8,329 nt of DNA from Octopus sinensis (GCF_006345805.1 NW_021828471.1:1-8329); one strand, 5' to 3'; positions 1-6,980 are shown, counted from the stretch's first letter. The notes: generated by a model from the sequence alone, not told the origin. Program-made: numbers and translations.

Positions 1-465
1 CCACCAACATAACACCACCCCCCCCACACCGCCACCTCCACAACCACCACCACCACCACTACGTCCTCCACCACCACCACCACCCACCAGCGGCACTACA
101 AAATATCTACCCATCATCATCATCGTCATCACCTTCCCTCCGCCTTCCTTGTCTTCCACGATTTCCGCCACAATTTGAACGTATACCGCGTTGTAAGAAA
201 GAAACCTCCACCCCCATCACCTCCACCACCAAAAACAAAAGCAACAACAACAACTGCAATAACAATAACAACCACAACAAACGAGTACAAAAAAAATATA
301 GCCAATAAAACAAAACAACAAATAAAAAATACAAGACAAAGAAACACTTAAATTCACGGCGAAATCAAACAAGAAATGAAAACAAGAACAAAAAATACAA
401 AAGAATATGATCTTGTTATTCTACCCCACCATGACAACCACCACCAACACCACCACCACCACTTA
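1..465. repeat. Degenerate low-complexity tract: (CCA)n, (CAT)n and (AAC)/A-rich runs
   Basis: CCA runs at 1-90 and 426-462, CAT run at about 111-130, AAC/A-rich 229-345. These explain the poly-L/V/G ORFs at 107-347. Confidence 0.9.
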
Positions 466-610
466 TACTATTACCCAGGCCGCTTATGTCTTAATCTTTT
501 CTTAATTTGCTTCTTCAAGCCTCCTGGGGACTGAGATATGTACCAGTAAGATATCACCGAGGTTGAATTTAATCCATTATAAACGTTCTTTTTTTTTTTG
601 TTCTGAATCT

Positions 611-640
611 AAATAAATAAACAAATAAATAAATAAATAA
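611..640. repeat. (AAAT)n microsatellite
   Basis: aaataaataaacaaataaataaataaataa directly upstream of SINE A1. Confidence 0.9.
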
Positions 641-649
641 AGAGATAAA

Positions 650-884
650 GGCGGAAGTTGGCAGAATCGGTAGCACGCCGGATAAAATGCTTAGCGGCGT
701 TTCGTTCGTCTTTACGTTCTGAGTTAAAATTCTGCTGAGATTGACTTAGGTGTTTCATTCTCTCTGGGGTCGATAAAATAAGTACCTGCTGAGAATTGGC
801 GGTCGATCCCATGTAAGCATTTACCCCCTGCTCTGAACTTGCTGGCCTTGTACCAAAATTTGAAACCAATATAAATAAATAAAA
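650..884 (+). mobile_element. tRNA-derived SINE, family A copy 1 (octopus OR/OK-like; exact family not assigned)
   Basis: Starts GGCGG; A-box-like TGGCAGAATCGG; degenerate B box GAGTTAAAATTC; body GGGGTCGATAAAATAAGTACC; ends CCAAAATTTGAAACC plus AT-rich tail. Seven related copies in the window. Confidence 0.85.
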
Positions 885-885
885 T

Positions 886-1111
886 CAGCAAACTAGCAGA
901 ATCGCTGGCACGCCGGATAAAATGGTCAGCGGGTATTTCGTCCGTCTTTACGTGCTGAGTCCAAATTCCACCGAGGTTGACTTTGCCTTTCTTCTTTTGG
1001 GGATCGATGAAATAAGTACCAGTTGAACACTGGGGGAATTCGATGAAATCTTCTTACCCCTTGCCTGACTTTACTAACCTTTGCCAAAATTTGAAACCGA
1101 TATAAATAAAT
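886..1111 (+). mobile_element. SINE family A copy 2, tandem with copy 1
   Basis: Colinear with A1 (GCAGAATCG..GCACGCCGGATAAAATG ... CCAAAATTTGAAACC) and has the same ATATAAATAAAT tail. Confidence 0.85.
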
Positions 1112-1131
1112 GAAGAAACAATATATCAAAT

Positions 1132-1274
1132 AGGAGCAGGAGTGGCTGTGTGGTAAGAAGCTTGCTTCCCAACCACATGGTTGCGGGTTCAGTCGCACTG
1201 CATGGCACCTTGGACAAGTGTCATCTTTTATCGCTTCGGGTCGACCAAAGTCTTGTGAGTGGATTTGGTAGACG
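1132..1274 (+). mobile_element. SINE family B 5' head (tRNA-like region plus CORE-like motif), truncated
   Basis: A box TGGCTGTGTGGT, B box GGGTTCAGTC, CCTTGGACAAGT resembling the CORE-domain hallmark. Homology to the 5385-5541 head stops after GGTAGACG. Confidence 0.85.
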
Positions 1275-1276
1275 TA

Positions 1277-1600
1277 CCCTCGTTCAGGTCTAACGTCACC
1301 ACCATGTCTGTTTCCTTGTATGTCTCCATTGTCCAGTTTTTATTTCTAACTTGACCTTCCATAAATCCAAATTTTATTTTGGTATTTATGGGACCAATTT
1401 TCTTCGGAGCCTCATAATGCCGTTAATTTAATTGCTCGAAAAGAAGAGTAGATAGACAGCCGACAACAGATGAAGGGTCATTCTTTGTAATACTTGTCCT
1501 CTTTTACTCTCGGTATTTGCGTATGTTATTTGTTTTCTGTATTTCATGTTGTTTACTCTTGGTGACGTCCTGTACCCATATATGCATATATATATATATA
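1277..1600 (+). mobile_element. Unclassified repeat family C, partial copy 1
   Basis: Aligns by eye to the reverse complement of about 4645-4975 (CCAAATTTTATTT, TCGAAA..GTAGAT..GACAAC, GTCCTGTACCCATATATGCAT shared). Confidence 0.7.
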
Positions 1601-1601
1601 T

Positions 1602-1711
1602 TCTAGCAAAAACTGTCTGATGAACGGCAACGAGAAACTCAGTGTAACAGATTTTGTTGAATTTTCTGCTGCTTAAAAGAAAGCATATTACTCTACCACT
1701 GGTATTTGAGT
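1602..1711 (+). mobile_element. Short hammerhead-bearing fragment, possibly a Penelope-like element terminal repeat remnant
   Basis: About 110 bp of non-microsatellite sequence between two (TA)n tracts carrying the hammerhead. Minimal type I hammerheads are typical of PLE pseudo-LTRs. No RT or GIY-YIG sequence is visible. Confidence 0.4.
1604..1659 (+). ncRNA. Type I hammerhead ribozyme motif (minimal, partly degenerate)
   Basis: CTGATGA 1617-1623; stem II CG-GCAA-CG closed by an A.A mismatch; GAAA 1634-1637; stem III A-U, C-G; GTA triplet 1644-1646; stem I CTGT(1613-1616)/ACAG(1647-1650) extended by TAGCAAAA/TTTTGTTG. Confidence 0.7.
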
Positions 1712-1819
1712 ATATATATATATATATATATATATAAGTGTGTGTGTGTGTGTGTTTGTGTATGCATGTATATATATATTATTTATATATATTATATTAT
1801 ATTATATTATATAAATGTA

Positions 1820-1865
<46 letters not shown>

Positions 1866-1872
1866 CTTACAT
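1710..1872. repeat. Compound (TA)n/(GT)n/(TAT)n microsatellite
   Basis: Read directly; source of the IYIY/CVCV ORFs. Confidence 0.95.
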
Positions 1873-2246
1873 GATGGCTGTCCCCACGTTATCGAGTATG
1901 GCCAGTGCACGAAGCTTAACTGTTACTGGTGCTGTGATCGAATGAGACATTTTAGCCCAGCTAAAGATCTACAATGTCTTGTACAGAATTGGCAACTAAG
2001 ACCTTCACCGGCAATAACCGGCCGTAGTTGTAACTGGGCTTCATGTACCTTTGCATGTCGTTTAAGTCCTCCTGCCGAATTACACTCTCTTCCACATGCC
2101 TGACAGATATGATTATCATGGTGTGTTACACCACCACCAGTGGCCAGGTTGTCACTCATCTGTCTCGCTTTAAGACTTCGAAGATGACTCTTGAGTCCAG
2201 CTTTACTGAGGCAGGGTCTTGCACAGACACTGCATGTCAGCATCAT
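1873..2246 (-). mobile_element. RTE-clade LINE 3' end: ORF C-terminus with three C2H2-type fingers plus short 3' UTR
   Basis: ORF 2246-1923: CSVCARPCLSKAGLKSHLRS, CQACGRECNSAGGLKRHAKVH, CQFCTRHCRSLAGLKCLIRSQH, matching the CxxCGRxCxSxxGLxSHxRxH terminal motif of RTE ORFs; TAA then a 50-nt UTR ending CAGCCATC next to the microsatellite. Confidence 0.75.
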
Positions 2247-2497
2247 AGGATGCTAAAACAACTCTTTTATGGAGAGTCAGCTAAAGGAGAACGACGTCCA
2301 CATAAACTAAAAAAGAGGTATAAGGACTTGCTGAAGGCTTCCTTAAGAGATGCTTGCATCTCTCCTGACACACGGGTGAACATAGCTATTGATCGTAGCA
2401 GATGGAGAAGGATTGTGTACGAGGGGACAGCTACTTTTGAGAAATCTCGAGTTGCGCTTGAGAAAGTAAGGAGGGATGTCAGGAAGGGCATCGCTGT
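2241..2497 (+). mobile_element. RTE-clade LINE post-RT segment, inverted relative to the zinc-finger segment
   Basis: HRMLKQLFYGESAKGERRPHKLKKRYKDLLKASLRDACISPDTRVNIAIDRSRWRRIVYEGTATFEKSRVALEKVRRDVRK matches the RxPKQLxYGEL..KRYKDxLK..DRxxWR motif of RTE ORFs. Confidence 0.85.
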
Positions 2498-2564
2498 TTA
2501 CATACATACATAATACATACATACAACATACATGCATACATGCATACATAATATATATATTATA

Positions 2565-2597
<33 letters not shown>

Positions 2598-2625
2598 CTT
2601 ATCTACTTATATATATATATTATAT

Positions 2626-2656
<31 letters not shown>

Positions 2657-2685
2657 TATATATATTTATATATATAAGTATATAA
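2498..2685. repeat. Compound (TACA)n/(TA)n microsatellite
   Basis: Read directly. Confidence 0.95.
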
Positions 2686-2785
2686 AGTAACAAAGGAAAA
2701 AATTCTGCAAGGGATGTGTAAAACATCCATTCACTGTTTCGTCGTTTGAATATCATAAATATTGGTGTAATGCAAATCACAAACA

Positions 2786-3150
2786 ATAAATTAAACGGAG
2801 GGATACAATTGACAATCCAATAATTTATTCATTTTATAATATAACATAAAATACAATGAATATAACATAAACAATTATTTAAAAAAAAAACAAACAAATC
2901 AGCAATTTGTTTTGACTTGTTCACATTTTTTGATACATAAACAATCCAATTCCCTTATATATAAACCTCATCAGAGCAATTGGTGTGTAGAGAGACGAAA
3001 TCCCGTGTGAAAGGATTGCTGGGTTTTGGGATTTTTTGTTTTTTTTAAATAATTGTTTATGCTACATTATTTTATATTCATCGTATATTGTTATATTATG
3101 ATATAAATTAATTATTGGATTTGTCATTTCTATCTCTCTAATTAGTTTAT
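2786..3150. repeat. Long imperfect inverted repeat (foldback/MITE-like), arms about 2786-2906 and 3015-3150
   Basis: Perfect 23-bp core CATAAACAATTATTTAAAAAAAA (2866-2888) vs 3039-3061, plus colinear blocks TGACAA-TCCAATAATT, ATAATATAACA, ATGAATATAA, CAGCAAT. Confidence 0.8.
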
Positions 3151-3155
3151 AGCTT

Positions 3156-3395
3156 ATATGTGTGTATGTATGCTTATGTGTTTATTTGTCCCCCACCACC
3201 ACCACCACCACCATCGCTTGACAACCGATGTTAGTGTGTTTACGTCCCCGTAACTCAGCGGTTCGGCAAAAGGGACCGATAGAATAAGTACTAGGCTTAC
3301 AAATAATAAGTCCTGGGGTCGATTAGTTCGGCTAAAGAGGGTGCTCCAGCATGGTCACAGTCAAATGAGTGAAACAAGTAAAAGAGTAAAAAGAG
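3156..3395 (+). mobile_element. SINE family B 3' half with (TG)-rich lead-in
   Basis: TTTGTCCCCC..CGCTTGACAACC..GTAACTCAGCGGTTCGGCAAAAG..GGTGCTCCAGCATGG..GAAACAAGTAAAAGAG; homologous to the reverse complements of 3592-3790 and 7108-7325. Linkage to the B head rests on recall of the family layout. Confidence 0.8.
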
Positions 3396-3420
3396 ATGAT
3401 TAAATAAGTGACACGAGAGA

Positions 3421-3593
3421 GGCGCCGGCATGACTGAGTCGTTACCAAGTTTGCTTTCCAACCACGTTGTTTCGGGTTTAATCTCCATCACGCGATACCT
3501 AGAGTAAGTGGCTTCAACTACAGACCCGGATGGAAGAGTATTTAGAGAGAGAGCTTCGTAGCGAGAAACTGTGCGGAAGCCTATTGTATATAT
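3421..3593 (+). mobile_element. Diverged SINE family B 5' head
   Basis: GGCGCCGGCATGACTGAGTCGT..TTGCTTTCCAACCAC..CGGGTTTAATC..GAAACTG..GAAGCC then TATATAT; colinear with 1132-1274 and 5385-5541. Confidence 0.7.
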
Positions 3594-3804
3594 CGTTCAC
3601 TTGTTTCAGTCATTAGACTACGGTCATGCATGAGCACCGTCGTAAAAGATGTTAATCGAACAAATTGCCTCCGGATATTTTCTTTTAAAGCCCGGTACAT
3701 ATTCTAACTCCCTCTTTTGCTGAACCGCTAAGTTATGAGTAGATGAAAGCGCAACGGCATTCGTCAAACGGGGAAGGGAGACAAACACAAATACAGAAAC
3801 ACAC

Positions 3805-3852
<48 letters not shown>

Positions 3853-3868
3853 TATATGTATATATATA
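3592..3868 (-). mobile_element. SINE family B 3' half including (CA)n/(TA)n central microsatellite
   Basis: Reverse complement reads TAACTTAGCGGTTCAGCAAAAGAG..GGTGCTCATGCATGACC..ATGACTGAAACAAGT. Confidence 0.8.
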
Positions 3869-4264
3869 CTAGCAGTATCGCCCGGCTTTGTTCGGATTTG
3901 TAAGGGAAATAACTATATAAGCATTTTTAGAGATGTAAAATATAATAGCCATCTCAATATGGCTAACCACAAAGGGGGGTGGGGTGTTACTGTAGCTTTT
4001 TACTTACTTAGATTTAATAATAAACTTTTAGAGAGTTACTTCCCTTATATATGCCAAAAATGCATTAAAAATGGGAAAAATTAATGGTAAATTTTTTTTT
4101 AAATCGTAGACTCATCATAGACGCGCGCTAATACCCAGAAGGGCTCGATATGAATCACGACTATAAGATACCCGGTTTTGGTTAAACTGCACCGCAAAAT
4201 GTGGGAGTAGTTAGGAATCTAAATCGCAGGAGACAGCACACAACCTCACTTTTATACATAAAGA
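3869..4264 (-). mobile_element. Non-autonomous Helitron-type element, 396 bp
   Basis: On the minus strand it begins TC (4264-4263) and ends CTAG (3872-3869), with a degenerate GC hairpin about 10 nt from the 3' end (3882-3895). It sits between A and T; removing it restores an uninterrupted (TA)n with no TSD. Confidence 0.8.
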
Positions 4265-4565
<301 letters not shown>

Positions 4566-4588
4566 ATATATATATATATATATAAATG

Positions 4589-5388
4589 TATAAATATATG
4601 CATATATACATACATATATGTACATACCTACATATATATGTATATATACATGCATATATGGGTACAGGACAAAAGAAACGTTAAACACAATATGAAACGA
4701 AGACATAGAAAACGAACATTTTTCCCAATAACGTAAAAAAAAAAACGAGAAATGTATCATAAAGAATATTCCCCTTCTTCAGTTGTCCCTGCTTCATCTA
4801 CTACACATTTCGACGGTAAGGACAAGACGCGACTTCGTTGAAACACTCCTTCCCGCAAAAGAAATTAAATAAAATTTGGGATTTTTTGCGGAGGGTGAAA
4901 GTGGTAACAAAGACAGGACAGTGAGAACAATACAGTAAAAACAAATGGTGAGAGTTGTTAAGCCAAGACGATAGAAAAAATTTTATGAACGCTAGGAAGA
5001 CGAGCTTATGGGAGGTGTCTGGTATAAGCACGTGTAGTCTTTAGGAAGGATATGGACAGAAAGATAGATTCCCTTTCGTCACGTGTCAGCGACGAGAGAG
5101 TCAAGGAGGAAGAGTGAGAGAGGGGGAACGGTGAAGAGGAGACGAGAAGAATAGGGAAGGTTGGGAGAGAAAACCAGAAAGGAAGAAGAATAAGAGAGGG
5201 AGATATATAGACAGAGAAGAGATAGAAGAGATAGGAGAAGAGTGTGCATCGTAATTATTAAGATAAAACTTACTTGGAAAAGGATGCGTGGCGTTCGATC
5301 ATATAATAATATAATTAATATATAAATATATGCATATATACATACAATTATGTACATACCTACATATATATGTATATATATACAGGAC
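4589..5388 (-). mobile_element. Family C copy 2, about 800 bp with terminal direct repeats
   Basis: 4589-4670 is repeated at 5321-5388 (offset 732); internal purine tract at about 5090-5245; no coding remnant. Strand is assigned only relative to copy 1. Confidence 0.65.
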
Positions 5389-5541
5389 GAGATTCTTTCA
5401 GTTTCCGTCTACTGAATCCAGCCACAAGGTTTTGGTCGGCCCGAAGCTATAGCAGAAGATACTTGCTCAAGCTACCATGCAGAGGGACTGAACCTTGAAC
5501 CATGGGTTGGGAAGCAAGCTTCTTACGACGCAGCCCCGCTG
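5385..5541 (-). mobile_element. SINE family B 5' head
   Basis: Reverse complement GGCTGCGTCGTAAGAAGCTTGCTTCCCAACC-ATGGTTCAAGGTTCAGTCCC..GTAGACGGAAACTGAAAGAA; close to 1132-1274. Confidence 0.85.
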
Positions 5542-5555
5542 TTGATTTTTTTCCT

Positions 5556-5657
5556 AATTTATACACAAGGCCGCCACTTTTGAGGTGTATTGTGTGGTCG
5601 ATAGCATCAACTTCAATATTTGACTGTCACTTTATCAATACCCAAAATGATGAAAGG
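5556..5657 (-). mobile_element. SINE family A copy 3 (3' half only)
   Basis: CACAAGGCC..GTCGATAGCATCAAC..GATGAAAGG aligns to the 3' half of A6 and A8. Confidence 0.65.
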
Positions 5658-5831
5658 GGAGGAGAGATGCTAAGCCAATTACATTGATTCCATTGTTCAG
5701 CTTGTACTTATTTTATCGACCCCGAAAAGGAAATGTTGATCTCCGTGGAATTTGAACTCAGAACACGAAGACAGATGAAAAGCTGCTAAACATTCTACCC
5801 GGCCTGCTAACGAATCTGCCAGCTGGATGCC
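5656..5831 (-). mobile_element. SINE family A copy 4 (lacks the last ~25 nt)
   Basis: TACTTATTTTATCGACCCCGAAA..GAATTTGAACTCAGAAC (intact B box on minus strand)..CTGCCAGCT. Confidence 0.85.
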
Positions 5832-5853
5832 TTGAACTTCATCGCAAAATAAT

Positions 5854-6072
5854 GACTACAAATTTTGGCACAAGGACAGAAATTTGGGGTTGCATGTTTA
5901 GTCGAGTTTATCGACACTCTGTGCTCAACTGGTCCTTATTTCATCAGCCCCCCCCCTCAAGAATGGAAGACAATGTCAGACGGGGCAGAATCTGAGTTTG
6001 GACAGTATAAAGTGAGATGAGATGTCGTTACTCATTCTGTCCCACGCTCTAATGATTCTGTCTGCTCGCTGA
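5854..6072 (-). mobile_element. SINE family A copy 5, diverged
   Basis: CAAATTTTGGCACAAGG..AGTCGAGTTTATCGAC..CAACTGGTCCTTATT..CTAATGATTCTGTCTGCTCGC. Confidence 0.75.
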
Positions 6073-6092
6073 CTTCAAAGTGAAACAATGAT

Positions 6093-6460
6093 AACAAGTG
6101 CACTGAGAGAGCGCAAACCTCTGTCAAGTCACCACCAACGTCCTCTCAACGATTAGCGAGGGATGATTTTTTAAAATGAGAATGTCAGAAATAAACTCGA
6201 CTGCTCTCACAAACGAGAATACTAAAAACAAACCCGACCGCTCTCAAAAATTAAGTAAAAAAAAAACAGGAAAAATAATCCAGCATCCTTGTCTGACACT
6301 GGATCGATCCCCAAATTTAATCAGTTCGTGCCAATCACAAGGTTAAACATCTTTGAATGTTTCATCAGAATCTATCCAGCGGTTCTTGAGATATCTTGTC
6401 CACGAACAAACAGATTCGACTGGAAACAATACCTCCGCCTTCGCTAAAGCGTTGGTAATA
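6093..6460 (-). mobile_element. DINE-1/HINE-like (Helentron-associated) non-autonomous element
   Basis: One end AACAAG; subterminal ACCTCTGTC (6117-6125) matches ACCTCCGCC (6431-6439), which is the first arm of a terminal palindrome 6431-6456 (8 of 11 pairs); remnant ACAA/ACAG repeat at about 6405; internal 37-bp-period duplication 6194-6250. Same layout as Drosophila DINE-1; strand follows that convention. Confidence 0.7.
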
Positions 6461-6768
6461 ATGTTTGTTTAGACTTAAACATGGAGCCTCCATTACTTTC
6501 GACGATAAGCAATGAACAGATCGATAACTTAAATTCCTACAGCAGAATTTGACTAACTAACAGTTGAGTATTCCTAAGACACGTGAACGAGTAATTGAAT
6601 CGCGTCAAAGCAATTCATGATATAGAATGACAAAAATGGACGTTGGAATTGGTTATAAACAGAATTTTAAAAAACTGGAATAAAGAATCGTATTGAATTG
6701 ATATTTCCTTCATTGTCCTCAAATGAATGTAAAGCAAAAAAAAATATCAGAAAGAGTAAACAAATATT

Positions 6769-6980
6769 AGTTTAAATGCTTGGCACAAGGCCGGTAACTT
6801 CCGGGGAGGAGCTAAGTCAATTACATCGACCCCAGTACATGACTGGTATGTATTTCATTGTTTCCCAAATCATGAAGAACAAAGTCGACCCCGGTGGCAT
6901 TTGAACTCAGAACGTAGAGACAGACGAAATGCCGTTAAGCATTTTGTCTCACGTGCTAACAAATCTGCCAACACGCCGCC
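6769..6980 (-). mobile_element. SINE family A copy 6, near full length
   Basis: GGCACAAGGCC..TTACATCGACCCCAG..TTTGAACTCAGAACG..CTGCCAACACGCCGCC. Confidence 0.9.

Noticed and set aside
1-90. G-quadruplex potential of the (GGT)n minus strand
   Set aside because: Mostly two-G tracts in a generic microsatellite; nothing indicates function.
555-566. CACCGAGGTTGA identical to 969-980 in SINE A2
   Set aside because: The 12-nt match has no convincing flanking alignment; it could be a decayed fragment or chance.
650-740. tRNA genes at SINE heads
   Set aside because: A and B boxes are present, but no full cloverleaf or acceptor stem is evident, the A-B spacing is extended in family A, and the heads run into SINE bodies.
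1435-1498. Second hammerhead-like motif in family C (GAAA..GTA..CAGATGA here; CTGAAGA on the minus strand at about 4776-4782 in copy 2), with GACAA/TTGTC and a stem II-like hairpin
   Set aside because: In type II order stems I and II do not pair. In type I order there is no GAAA or stem III (GTAATAC / ATGATAC instead). Worth rechecking only with a family consensus.
1923-2513. Functional host C2H2 zinc-finger gene, or a real 156-aa protein
   Set aside because: No promoter or splice context is evident, two of three fingers have lost a His, and both frames are explained as LINE remnants.
2968-3021. CTGATGA on the minus strand and GAAA-stem-TT on the plus strand in the foldback centre
   Set aside because: The two halves are on opposite strands, and neither strand gives a complete core with paired stems.
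6481-6560. MEPPLLSTISNEQID resembling the EPPLT region of some DNA transposase C-termini
   Set aside because: Only 23 codons are open, and the expected downstream PCHxQxVER-type motif is absent in all three frames.
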